A program made the translations under genes and the position numbers. A DNA stretch of 64,000 nt, taken from Auanema rhodensis (taxonomy: Eukaryota > Animalia > Nematoda). This document shows positions 1 through 13,333 of the stretch, piece by piece. How positions within the stretch are numbered: position 1 is the stretch's first letter; the number at the start of each line of letters is the position of its first letter. The stretch lies in assembly GCA_964057225.1 (NCBI GenBank), contig OZ059896.1, positions 4,154,001-4,218,000 on the forward strand, given 5' to 3'. Under the pieces are notes generated by a model. The model searched no databases. It saw nothing but the letters and a program-made list of their open reading frames with translations, and had not been told where the DNA came from.

Positions 1-3000
1 AATCGAGGATATATGTGTGAACTTATATCAGTTGATATCTCGGTGCATTTTTAAGCTAGCGCAAATCTGATAGTACAGATCGACGCAGCTTATAATCCGC
101 ATCGAATGCACTATACTACATTGAGAAACGCTTAATACAAAAATAAGTTATGATCGTTTGAAAAATGATGCATTAGTGTATGTTGAGTTTCCATGTACAC
201 TCAAAATTGCTTCCAAAAACATTTTGACAAAAATTTTTTCAAAAAATTTCAAAATAATTTAGCGAAAAGTAGATGTTTTTAGATTCCTTTTTTCAAGGCA
301 AAAACGATGGACAATGTTATTCAACGAAAAAATTAATTCTTCAGGGTGAAAATCGAGGATATAGGTGTGAACTTATATCAGTTGATATCTCGGTGCATTT
401 TTAAGCTAGCGCAAATCTGATAGTACAGATCGACGCAGCTTAATAATCCGCATCGAATGCACTATACTACATTGAGAAACGCTTAAAACAAAAAATAGTT
501 ATGATCTTTTGAAAAATGATGCATTAGTGTATGTTGAGTTTCCATGTACACTCAAAATTGCTTCCAAAAACATTTTGACAAAAATTTTTTCGAAAAATTT
601 CAAAATAATTTAGCAAAAAGTAGATGTTTTTAGATTCCTTTTTTCGAGGCAAAAACGATGGACAATGTTATTCAACGAAAAAATTAATTCTTCAGGGTGA
701 AAATCGAGGATATAAGTGTGAACTTATATCAGTTGATATCTCGGTGCATTTTCAAGCTAGCGCAAATCTGATAGTACAGATCGACGCAGCTTAAAAATCC
801 GCATCGAATACACTATACTACATTGAGAAACGCTTAATACAAAAATTAGTTATGATCGTTTGAAAAATGATGCATTAGTGTATGTTGAGTTTCCATGTAC
901 ACTCAAAATTGCTTCCAAAAACATTTTGACAAAAAATTTTCGTAAAATTTCAAAATAATTTAGCGAAAAGTAGATGTTTTTAGATTCCTTTTTTCAAGGC
1001 AAAAACGATGGACAATGTTATTCAACGAAAAAATTAATTCTTCAGGGTGAAAATCGAGGATATAAGTGTGAACTTATATCAGTTGATATCTCGGTGCATT
1101 TTCAAGCTAGCGCAAATCTGATAGTACAGATCGACGCAGCTTAAAAATCCGCATTGAATGCACTATACTACATTGTGAAAAGCTTAATACAAAAATTAGT
1201 TATGATCGTTTGAAAAATGATGCATTAGTGTATGTTGAGTTTCCATGTACACTCAAAATTGCTTCCAAAAACATTTTGACAAAAATTTTTTCGAAAAATT
1301 TCAAAATAATTTAGCAAAAAGTAAATGTTTTTAGATTCCTTTTTTCAAGGCAAAAACGATGGACAATGTTATTCAACGAAAAAATTAATTCTTCAGGGTG
1401 AAAATCGAGGATATAAGTGTGAACTTATATCAGTTGATATCTCGGTGCATTTTCAAGCTAGCGCAAATCTGATAGTACAGATCGAAGCAGCTTAAAAACC
1501 CGCATCGAATGCACTATACTACATTAAGAAAAGCTTAATACAAAAATTAGTTATGATCGTTTGAAAAATGATGCAATAGTGTATGTTGAGTTTCCATGTA
1601 CACTCAAAATTGCTTCCAAAAACATTTTGACAAAAATTTTTTCAAAAAATTTCAAAATAATTTAGCGAAAAGTAGATGTTTTTAGATTCCTTTTTTCAAG
1701 GCAAAAACGATGGACAATGTTATTCAACGAAAAAATTAATTCTTCAGGGTGAAAATCGAGGATATAGGTGTGAACTTATATCAGTTGATATCTCGGTGCA
1801 TTTTTCAGCTAGCGCAAATCGGATGACACAGATCGACGCAGCTTAAAAATCCGCATCGAATGCACTATATTACATTTAAAAACGCTTAATACCAAAATTA
1901 GTTATGATCGTTTGAAAAATGATGCATTAGTGTATGTCGAGTTTCCATGTACACTCAAAATTGCTTCCAAAAACATTTTGACAAAAATTTTTTCGAAAAA
2001 TTTCAAAATAATTTAGCAAAAAGTAGATGTTTTTAGATTCCTTTTTTCGAGGCAAAAACGATGGACAATGTTATTCAACGAAAAAATAATTCTTCAGGGT
2101 AAAAATCGAGGATATAAGTGTGAACTTATATCAGTTGATATCTCGGTGCATTTTCAAGCTAGCGCAAATCTGATAGTACAGATCGACGCAGCTTAAAAAT
2201 CCGCATCGAATGCACTATACTACATTGAGAAACGCTTAATAAAAAAATTAGTTATGATCGTTTGAAAAATGATGCATTAGTGTATGTTGAGTTTCCATGT
2301 ACACTCCAAATTGCTTCCAAAAACATTTTGACAAAAATTTTTTCGAAAAATTTCAAAATAATTTAGCAAAAAGTAGATGTTTTTAGATTCCTTTTTTCAA
2401 GGCAAAAACGATGGACAATGTTATTCAACGAAAAAATTAATTCTTCAGGGTGAAAATAGAGGATATAGGTGTAAACTTATATCAGTTGATATCTCGGTGC
2501 ATTTTCAAGCCAGCGCAAATCTGATAGTACAGATCGACGCAGCTTAAAAATCCGCATCGAATGCACTATACTACATTGAGAAACGCTTAATACAAAAATT
2601 AGTTATGATCGTTTGAAAAATGATGCATTAGTGTATGTTGAGTTTCCATGTACACTCAAAATTGCTTCCAAAAACATTTTGACAAAAATTTTTTCGAAAA
2701 ATTTCAAAATAATTTAGCAAAAAGTAGATGTTTTTAGATTCCTTTTTTCAAGGCAAAAACGATGGACAATGTTATTCAACGAAAAAATTAATTCTTCAGG
2801 GTGAAAATAGAGGATATAGGTGTAAACTTATATCAGTTGATATCTCGGTGCATTTTCAAGCCAGCGCAAATCTGATAGTACAGATCGACGCAGCTTAAAA
2901 ATCCGCATCGAATGCACTATACTACATTGAGAAACGCTTAATAAAAAAATTAGTTATGATCGTTTGAAAAATGATGCATTAGTGTATGTTGAGTTTCCAT

Positions 3001-3156
3001 GTACACTCCAAATTGCTTCCAAAAACATTTTGACAAAAAATATTTCGAAAAATTTCAAAATAATTTAGCGAAAAGTAGATGTTTTTAGATTCCTTTTTTC
3101 GAGGCAAAAACGATGGACAATGTTATTCAACGAAAAAATTAATTCTTCAGGGTGAA

Positions 3157-4560
3157 AATCGAGGATATAGGTGTGAACTTATATCAGTTGATATCTCGGT
3201 GCATTTTCAAGCTAGCGCAAATCTGATAGTACAGATCGACGCAGCTTAAAAATCCGCATCGAATGCACTATACTACATTGAGAAACGCTTAATACAAAAA
3301 TTAGTTATGATCGTTTAAAAAATGATGCATTAGTGTATGTTGAGTTTCCATGTACACTCAAAATTGCTTCCAAAAACATTTTGACAAAAATTTTTTCGAA
3401 AAATTTCAAAATAATTTAGCGAAAAGTAGATGTTTTTAGATTCCTTTTTTTGAGGCAAAAACGATGGACAATGTTATTCAACGAAAAAATTAATTCTTCA
3501 GGGTGAAAATCGAAGATATAAGTGTGAACTTATATCAGTTGATATCTCGGTGCATTTTTAAGCTAGCGGAAATTTGATAACACAGATCGACGCAGCTTAA
3601 AAATCCGCATCGAATGCACTATACTACATTAAGAAAAGCTTAATACAAAAATTAGTTATGATCGTTTGAAAAATGATGCATTAGTGTATGTTGAGTTTCC
3701 ATGTACACTCAACATTGCTTCCAAAAACATTTTGACAAAAATTTTTTCGAAAAATTTCAAAATAATTTAGCGAAAAGTAGATGTTTTTAGATTCCTTTTT
3801 TCGAGGCAAAAACGATGGACAATGTTATTCAACGAAAAAATTAATTCTTCAGGGTGAAAATCGAGGATATAGGTGTGAACTTATATCAGTTGATATCTCG
3901 GTGCATTTTCAAGCTAGCGCAAATCTGATAGTACAGATCGACGCAGCTTAAAAATCCGCATCGAATGCACTACACTACATTGAGAAACGCTTAATACAAA
4001 AATTAGTTATGATCGTTTAAAAAATGATGCATTAGTGTATGTTGAGTTTCCATGTACACTCAAAATTGCTTCCAAAAACATTTTGACAAAAATTTTTTCG
4101 AAAAATTTCAAAATAATTTAGCGAAAAGTAGATGTTTTTAGATTCCTTTTTTTGAGGCAAAAACGATGGACAATGTTATTCAACGAAAAAATTAATTCTT
4201 CAGGGTGAAAATCGAAGATATAAGTGTGAACTTATATCAGTTGATATCTCGGTGCATTTTTAAGCTAGCGGAAATTTGATAACACAGATCGACGCAGCTT
4301 AAAAATCCGCATCGAATGCACTATACTACATTAAGAAAAGCTTAATACAAAAATTAGTTATGATCGTTTGAAAAATGATGCATTAGTGTATGTTGAGTTT
4401 CCATGTACACTCAACATTGCTTCCAAAAACATTTTGACAAAAATTTTTTCGAAAAATTTCAAAATAATTTAGCGAAAAGTAGATGTTTTTAGATTCCTTT
4501 TTTCGAGGCAAAAACGATGGACAATGTTATTCAACGAAAAAATTAATTCTTCAGGGTGAA
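3157..4560. repeat. Tandem duplication of a 2-monomer (702-bp) unit in array A
   Basis: Monomers at 3157 and 3859 share TAGGTG, GTTTAAAAAA and TTTGAGG. Monomers at 3508 and 4210 share CGAAGATA, GCGGAAATTTGATAACAC, TTAAGAAAAGC and CAACATT. The same pair recurs at 4912/5263 and 11931/12282. Confidence 0.9.
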
Positions 4561-4567
4561 AATCGAG

Positions 4568-4589
4568 GATATAAGTGTGAACTTATATC
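4568..4589. other. Perfect 9-bp inverted repeat with a 4-nt loop in monomer A (representative copy)
   Basis: GATATAAGT-GTGA-ACTTATATC. It overlaps a second inverted repeat, ATATCA-GT-TGATAT. Confidence 0.9.
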
Positions 4590-4599
4590 AGTTGATATC

Positions 4600-4666
4600 T
4601 CGGTGCATTTTCAAGCTAGCGCAAATCTGATAGTACAGATCGACGCAGCTTAAAAATCCGCATCGA
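4600..4666. other. ~67-bp imperfect palindrome in monomer A (representative copy)
   Basis: The left arm TCGGTGCATTTTCAAGCTAGCGCAAATCTG aligns to the reverse complement of the right arm (TCGATGCGGATTTTTAAGCTGCGTCGATCTG) at 24 of ~32 columns by hand. The loop is ATAGTA. Confidence 0.8.
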
Positions 4667-6314
4667 ATACACTATACTACATTGAGAAACGCTTAATACA
4701 AAAATTAGTTATGATCGTTTGAAAAATGATGCATTAGTGTATGTTGAGTTTCCATGTACACTCAAAATTGCTTCCAAAAACATTTTGACAAAAATTTTTT
4801 CAAAAAATTTCAAAATAATTTAGCGAAAAGTAGATGTTTTTAGATTCCTGTTTTCAAGGCAAAAACGATGGACAATGTTATTCAACGAAAAAATTAATTC
4901 TTCAGGGTGAAAATCGAGGATATAGGTGTGAACTTATATCAGTTGATATCTCGGTGCATTTTCAAGCTAGCGCAAATCTGATAGTACAGATCGACGCAGC
5001 TTAAAAATCCGCATCGAATGCACTATACTACATTGAGAAACGCTTAATACAAAAATTAGTTATGATCGTTTAAAAAATGATGCATTAGTGTATGTTGAGT
5101 TTCCATGTACACTCAAAATTGCTTCCAAAAACATTTTGACAAAAATTTTTTCGAAAAATTTCAAAATAATTTAGCGAAAAGTAGATGTTTTTAGATTCCT
5201 TTTTTTGAGGCAAAAACGATGGACAATGTTATTCAACGAAAAAATTAATTCTTCAGGGTGAAAATCGAAGATATAAGTGTGAACTTATATCAGTTGATAT
5301 CTCGGTGCATTTTTAAGCTAGCGGAAATTTGATAACACAGATCGACGCAGCTTAAAAATCCGCATCGAATGCACTATACTACATTAAGAAAAGCTTAATA
5401 CAAAAATTAGTTATGATCGTTTGAAAAATGATGCATTAGTGTATGTTGAGTTTCCATGTACACTCAACATTGCTTCCAAAAACATTTTGACAAAAATTTT
5501 TTCGAAAAATTTCAAAATAATTTAGCGAAAAGTAGATGTTTTTAGATTCCTTTTTTCGAGGCAAAAACGATGGACAATGTTATTCAACGAAAAAATTAAT
5601 TCTTCAGGGTGAAAATCGAGGATATAAGTGTGAACTTATATCAGTTGATATCTCGGTGCATTTTCAAGCTAGCGCAAATCTGATAGTACAGATCGACGCA
5701 GCTTAAAAATCCGCATCGAATGCACTATACTACATTGAGAAACGCTTAATACAAAAATTAGTTATGATCGTTTGAAAAATGATGCATTAGTGTATGTTGA
5801 GTTTCCATGTACACTCAAAATTGCTTCCAAAAACATTTTGACAAAAATTTTTTCAAAAAATTTCAAAATAATTTAGCGAAAAGTAGATGTTTTTAGATTC
5901 CTTTTTTCAAGGCAAAAACGATGGACAATGTTATTCAACGAAAAAAATAATTCTTCAGGGTGAAAATCGAGGATATATGTGTGAACTTATATCAGTTGAT
6001 ATCTCGGTGCATTTTTAAGCTAGCGCAAATCTGATAGTACAGATCGACGCAGCTTATAATCCGCATCGAATGCACTATACTACATTGAGAAACGCTTAAT
6101 ACAAAAATAAGTTATGATCGTTTGAAAAATGATGCATTAGTGTATGTTGAGTTTCCATGTACACTCAAAATTGCTTCCAAAAACATTTTGACAAAAATTT
6201 TTTCAAAAAATTTCAAAATAATTTAGCGAAAAGTAGATGTTTTTAGATTCCTTTTTTCAAGGCAAAAACGATGGACAATGTTATTCAACGAAAAAATTAA
6301 TTCTTCAGGGTGAA

Positions 6315-8420
6315 AATCGAGGATATAGGTGTGAACTTATATCAGTTGATATCTCGGTGCATTTTTAAGCTAGCGCAAATCTGATAGTACAGATCGACGC
6401 AGCTTAATAATCCGCATCGAATGCACTATACTACATTGAGAAACGCTTAAAACAAAAAATAGTTATGATCTTTTGAAAAATGATGCATTAGTGTATGTTG
6501 AGTTTCCATGTACACTCAAAATTGCTTCCAAAAACATTTTGACAAAAATTTTTTCGAAAAATTTCAAAATAATTTAGCAAAAAGTAGATGTTTTTAGATT
6601 CCTTTTTTCGAGGCAAAAACGATGGACAATGTTATTCAACGAAAAAATCAATTCTTCAGGGTGAAAATCGAGGATATAAGTGTGAACTTATATCAGTTGA
6701 TATCTCGGTGCATTTTCGAGCTAGCGCAAATCTGATAGTACAGATCGACGCAGCTTAAAAATCCGCATCGAATGCACTATACTACATTGAGAAACGCTTA
6801 ATACAAAAATAAGTTATGATCGTTTGAAAAATGATGCATTAGTGTATGTTGAGTTTCCATGTACACTCAAAATTGCTTCCAAAAACATTTTGACAAAAAT
6901 TTTTTCGAAAAATTTCAAAATAATTTAGCAAAAAGTAGATGTTTTTAGATTCCTTTTTTCAAGGCAAAAACGATGGACAATGTTATTCAACGAAAAAATT
7001 AATTCTTCAGGGTGAAAATAGAGGATATAGGTGTAAACTTATATCAGTTGATATCTCGGTGCATTTTCAAGCCAGCGCAAATCTGATAGTACAGATCGAC
7101 GCAGCTTAAAAATCCGCATCGAATGCACTATACTACATTGAGAAACGCTTAATAAAAAAATTAGTTATGATCGTTTGAAAAATGATGCATTAGTGTATGT
7201 TGAGTTTCCATGTACACTCCAAATTGCTTCCAAAAACATTTTGACAAAAAATATTTCAAAAAATTTCAAAATAATTTAGCGAAAAGTAGATGTTTTTAGA
7301 TTCCTTTTTTCAAGGCAAAAACGATGGACAATGTTATTCAACGAAAAAATTAATTCTTCAGGGTGAAAATCGAGGATATAGGTGTGAACTTATATCAGTT
7401 GATATCTCGGTGCATTTTTAAGCTAGCGCAAATCTGATAGTACAGATCGACGCAGCTTAATAATCCGCATCGAATGCACTATACTACATTGAGAAACGCT
7501 TAAAACAAAAAATAGTTATGATCTTTTGAAAAATGATGCATTAGTGTATGTTGAGTTTCCATGTACACTCAAAATTGCTTCCAAAAACATTTTGACAAAA
7601 ATTTTTTCGAAAAATTTCAAAATAATTTAGCAAAAAGTAGATGTTTTTAGATTCCTTTTTTTGAGGCAAAAACGATGGACAATGTTATTCAACGAAAAAA
7701 TCAATTCTTCAGGGTGAAAATCGAGGATATAAGTGTGAACTTATATCAGTTGATATCTCGGTGCATTTTCGAGCTAGCGCAAATCTGATAGTACAGATCG
7801 ACGCAGCTTAAAAATCCGCATCGAATGCACTATACTACATTGAGAAACGCTTAATACAAAAATAAGTTATGATCGTTTGAAAAATGATGCATTAGTGTAT
7901 GTTGAGTTTCCATGTACACTCAAAATTGCTTCCAAAAACATTTTGACAAAAATTTTTTCGAAAAATTTCAAAATAATTTAGCAAAAAGTAGATGTTTTTA
8001 GATTCCTTTTTTCAAGGCAAAAACGATGGACAATGTTATTCAACGAAAAAATTAATTCTTCAGGGTGAAAATAGAGGATATAGGTGTAAACTTATATCAG
8101 TTGATATCTCGGTGCATTTTCAAGCCAGCGCAAATCTGATAGTACAGATCGACGCAGCTTAAAAATCCGCATCGAATGCACTATACTACATTGAGAAACG
8201 CTTAATAAAAAAATTAGTTATGATCGTTTGAAAAATGATGCATTAGTGTATGTTGAGTTTCCATGTACACTCCAAATTGCTTCCAAAAACATTTTGACAA
8301 AAAATATTTCGAAAAATTTCAAAATAATTTAGCGAAAAGTAGATGTTTTTAGATTCCTTTTTTCGAGGCAAAAACGATGGACAATGTTATTCAACGAAAA
8401 AATTAATTCTTCAGGGTGAA
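6315..8420. repeat. Tandem duplication of a 3-monomer (1053-bp) unit in array A
   Basis: Monomer types TTAATAAT/GATCTTTTG, TTCGAGC/AATAAG and AATAGAGG/GCCAGC at 6315, 6666 and 7017 repeat at 7368, 7719 and 8070. Confidence 0.88.
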
Positions 8421-11400
8421 AATCGAGGATATAAGTGTGAACTTATATCAGTTCATATCTCGGTGCATTTTCAAGCTAGCGCAAATCTGATAGTACAGAT
8501 CGACGCAGCTTAAAAATCCGCATCGAATGCACTATACTACATTGAGAAACGCTTAATACAAAAATTAGTTATGATCGTTTGAAAAATGATGCATTAGTGT
8601 ATGTTGAGTTTCCATGTACACTCAAAATTGCTTCCAAAAACATTTTGACCAAAAGTTTTTCGAAAAATTTCAAAATAATTTAGCGAAAAGTAGATGTTTT
8701 CAGATTCCTTTTTTTGAGGCAAAAACGATGGACAATGTTATTCAACGAAAAAATTAATTCTTCAGGGTGAAAATCGAGGATATAAGTGTGAACTTATATC
8801 AGTTGATATCTCGGTGCATTTTCGAGCTAGCGCAAATCTGATAGTACAGATCGACGCAGCTTAAAAATCCGCATCGAATGCACTATACTACATTGAGAAA
8901 CGCTTAATACAAAAATTAGTTATGATCTTTTGAAAAATGATGCATTAGTGTATGTTGAGTTTCCATGTACACTCAAAATTGCTTCCAAAAACATTTTGAC
9001 AAAAATTTTTTCGAAAAATTTCAAAATAATTTAGCAAAAAGTAGATGTTTTTAGATTCCTTTTTTCGAGGCAAAAACGATGGACAATGTTATTCAACGAA
9101 AAAATTAATTCTTCAGGGTGAAAATCGAGGATATAAGTGTGAACTTATATCAGTTGATATCTCGGTGCATTTTCGAGCTAGCGCAAATCTGATAGTACAG
9201 ATCGACGCAGCTTAAAAATCCGCATCGAATGCACTATACTACATTGAGAAAAGCTTAATACAAAAATAAGTTATGATCGTTTGAAAAATGATGCATTAGT
9301 GTATGTTGAGTTTCCATGTACACTCCAAATTGCTTCCAAAAACATTTTGACAAAAATTTTTTCGAAAAATTTCAAAATAATTTAGCGAAAAGTAGATGTT
9401 TTTAGATTCCTTTTTTCGAGGCAAAAACGATGGACAATGTTATTCAACGAAAAAATTAATTCTTCAGGGTGAAAATCGAGGATATAAGTGTGAACTTATA
9501 TCAGTTGATATCTCGGTGCATTTTCGAGCTAGCGCAAATCTGATAGTACAGATCGACGCAGCTTAAAAATCCGCATCGAATGCACTATACTACATTGAGA
9601 AACGCTTAGTACAAAAATAAGTTATGATCGTTTGAAAAATGATGCATTAGTGTATGTTGAGTTTCCATGTACACTCAAAATTGCTTCCAAAAACATTTTG
9701 ACAAAAATTTTTTCGAAAAATTTCAAAATAATTTAGCAAAAAGTAGATGTTTTTAGATTCCTTTTTTCAAGGCAAAAACGATGGACAATGTTATTCAACC
9801 AAAAAATTAATTCTTCAGGGTGAAAATCGAGGATATAGGTGTGAACTTATATCAGTTGATATCTCGGTGCATTTTCAAGCCAGCGCAAATCTGATAGTAC
9901 AGATCGACGCAGCTTAAAAATCCGCATCGAATGCACTATACTACATTGAGAAACGCTTAATACAAAAATTAGTTATGATCGTTTGAAAAATGATGCATTA
10001 GTGTATGTTGAGTTTCCATGTACACTCAACATTGCTTCCAAAAACATTTTGACAAAAATTTTTTCGAAAAATTTCAAAATAATTTAGCGAAAAGTAGATG
10101 TTTTTAGATTCCTTTTTTCGAGGCAAAAACGATGGACAATGTTATTCAACGAAAAAATCAATTCTTCAGGGTGAAAATCGAGGATATAAGTGTGAACTTA
10201 TATCAGTTGATATCTCGGTGCATTTTCGAGCTAGCGCAAATCTGATAGTACAGATCGACGCAGCTTAAAAATCCGCATCGAATGCACTATACTACATTGA
10301 GAAACGCTTAATACAAAAATTAGTTATGATCGTTTGAAAAATGATGCATTAGTGTATGTTGAGTTTCCATGTACACTCAAAATTGCTTCCAAAAACATTT
10401 TGACAAAAATTTTTTCGAAAAATTTCAAAATAATTTAGCAAAAAGTAGATGTTTTTAGATTCCTTTTTTCAAGGCAAAAACGATGGACAATGTTATTCAA
10501 CCAAAAAATTAATTCTTCAGGGTGAAAATCGAGGATATAGGTGTGAACTTATATCAGTTGATATCTCGGTGCATTTTCAAGCCAGCGCAAATCTGATAGT
10601 ACAGATCGACGCAGCTTAAAAATCCGCATCGAATGCACTATACTACATTGAGAAACGCTTAATACAAAAATTAGTTATGATCGTTTGAAAAATGATGCAT
10701 TAGTGTATGTTGAGTTTCCATGTACACTCAAAATTGCTTCCAAAAACATTTTGACAAAAATTTTTTCGAAAAATTTCAAAATAATTTAGCAAAAAGTAGA
10801 TGTTTTTAGATTCCTTTTTTCAAGGCAAAAACGATGGACAATGTTATTCAACCAAAAAATTAATTCTTCAGGGTGAAAATCGAGGATATAGGTGTGAACT
10901 TATATCAGTTGATATCTCGGTGCATTTTCAAGCCAGCGCAAATCTGATAGTACAGATCGACGCAGCTTAAAAATCCGCATCGAATGCACTATACTACATT
11001 GAGAAACGCTTAATACAAAAATTAGTTATGATCGTTTGAAAAATGATGCATTAGTGTATGTTGAGTTTCCATGTACACTCCAAATTGCTTCCAAAAACAT
11101 TTTGACAAAAATTTTTTCGAAAAATTTCAAAATAATTTAGCGAAAAGTAGATGTTTTTAGATTCCTTTTTTCGAGGCAAAAACGATGGACAATGTTATTC
11201 AACGAAAAAATTAATTCTTCAGGGTGAAAATCGAGGATATAAGTGTGAACTTATATCAGTTGATATCTCGGTGCATTTTCAAGCTAGCGCAAATCTGATA
11301 GTACAGATCGACGCAGCTTAAAAATCCGCATCGAATGCACTATACTACATTGAGAAACGCTTAATACAAAAATTAGTTATGATCGTTCGAAAAATGATGC

Positions 11401-13333
11401 ATTAGTGTATGTTGAGTTTCCATGTACACTCAAAATTGCTTCCAAAAACATTTTGACAAAAATTTTTTCAAAAAATTTCAAAATAATTTAGCGAAAAGTA
11501 GATGTTTTTAGATTCCTTTTTTCGAGGCAAAAACGATGGACAATGTTATTCAACGAAAAAATTAATTCTTCAGGGTGAAAATCGAGGATATAAGTGTGAA
11601 CTTATATCAGTTGATATCTCGGTGCATTTTCAAGCTAGCGCAAATCTGATAGTACAGATCGACGCAGCTTAAAAATCCGCATCGAATACACTATACTACA
11701 TTGAGAAACGCTTAATACAAAAATTAGTTATGATCGTTTGAAAAATGATGCATTAGTGTATGTTGAGTTTCCATGTACACTCAAAATTGCTTCCAAAAAC
11801 ATTTTGACAAAAATTTTTTCAAAAAATTTCAAAATAATTTAGCGAAAAGTAGATGTTTTTAGATTCCTGTTTTCAAGGCAAAAACGATGGACAATGTTAT
11901 TCAACGAAAAAATTAATTCTTCAGGGTGAAAATCGAGGATATAGGTGTGAACTTATATCAGTTGATATCTCGGTGCATTTTCAAGCTAGCGCAAATCTGA
12001 TAGTACAGATCGACGCAGCTTAAAAATCCGCATCGAATGCACTATACTACATTGAGAAACGCTTAATACAAAAATTAGTTATGATCGTTTAAAAAATGAT
12101 GCATTAGTGTATGTTGAGTTTCCATGTACACTCAAAATTGCTTCCAAAAACATTTTGACAAAAATTTTTTCGAAAAATTTCAAAATAATTTAGCGAAAAG
12201 TAGATGTTTTTAGATTCCTTTTTTTGAGGCAAAAACGATGGACAATGTTATTCAACGAAAAAATTAATTCTTCAGGGTGAAAATCGAAGATATAAGTGTG
12301 AACTTATATCAGTTGATATCTCGGTGCATTTTTAAGCTAGCGGAAATTTGATAACACAGATCGACGCAGCTTAAAAATCCGCATCGAATGCACTATACTA
12401 CATTAAGAAAAGCTTAATACAAAAATTAGTTATGATCGTTTGAAAAATGATGCATTAGTGTATGTTGAGTTTCCATGTACACTCAACATTGCTTCCAAAA
12501 ACATTTTGACAAAAATTTTTTCGAAAAATTTCAAAATAATTTAGCGAAAAGTAGATGTTTTTAGATTCCTTTTTTCGAGGCAAAAACGATGGACAATGTT
12601 ATTCAACGAAAAAATTAATTCTTCAGGGTGAAAATCGAGGATATAAGTGTGAACTTATATCAGTTGATATCTCGGTGCATTTTCAAGCTAGCGCAAATCT
12701 GATAGTACAGATCGACGCAGCTTAAAAATCCGCATCGAATGCACTATACTACATTGAGAAACGCTTAATACAAAAATTAGTTATGATCGTTTGAAAAATG
12801 ATGCATTAGTGTATGTTGAGTTTCCATGTACACTCAAAATTGCTTCCAAAAACATTTTGACAAAAATTTTTTCAAAAAATTTCAAAATAATTTAGCGAAA
12901 AGTAGATGTTTTTAGATTCCTTTTTTCAAGGCAAAAACGATGGACAATGTTATTCAACGAAAAAAATAATTCTTCAGGGTGAAAATCGAGGATATATGTG
13001 TGAACTTATATCAGTTGATATCTCGGTGCATTTTTAAGCTAGCGCAAATCTGATAGTACAGATCGACGCAGCTTATAATCCGCATCGAATGCACTATACT
13101 ACATTGAGAAACGCTTAATACAAAAATAAGTTATGATCGTTTGAAAAATGATGCATTAGTGTATGTTGAGTTTCCATGTACACTCAAAATTGCTTCCAAA
13201 AACATTTTGACAAAAATTTTTTCAAAAAATTTCAAAATAATTTAGCGAAAAGTAGATGTTTTTAGATTCCTTTTTTCAAGGCAAAAACGATGGACAATGT
13301 TATTCAACGAAAAAATTAATTCTTCAGGGTGAA

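Noticed and set aside
313-329. CENP-B-box-like word on the minus strand (TTTCGTTGAATAACATT)
   Set aside because: It matches the TTCG half only. The essential CGGG of NTTCGNNNNANNCGGGN is absent.
290-350. Hammerhead ribozyme in monomer A (minus-strand CACCCTGAAGA fits CUGANGA; a CTGATGA variant lies on + at ~28138)
   Set aside because: No stem II followed by GAAA, and no matching stem I/III with a cleavage triplet, could be built by hand. A covariance-model search would settle it.
4561-4911. Monomer A as a direct dimer of monomer B or of its own halves
   Set aside because: By eye there is no continuous alignment between the halves of A or between A and B, only short shared words (reported as a finding).
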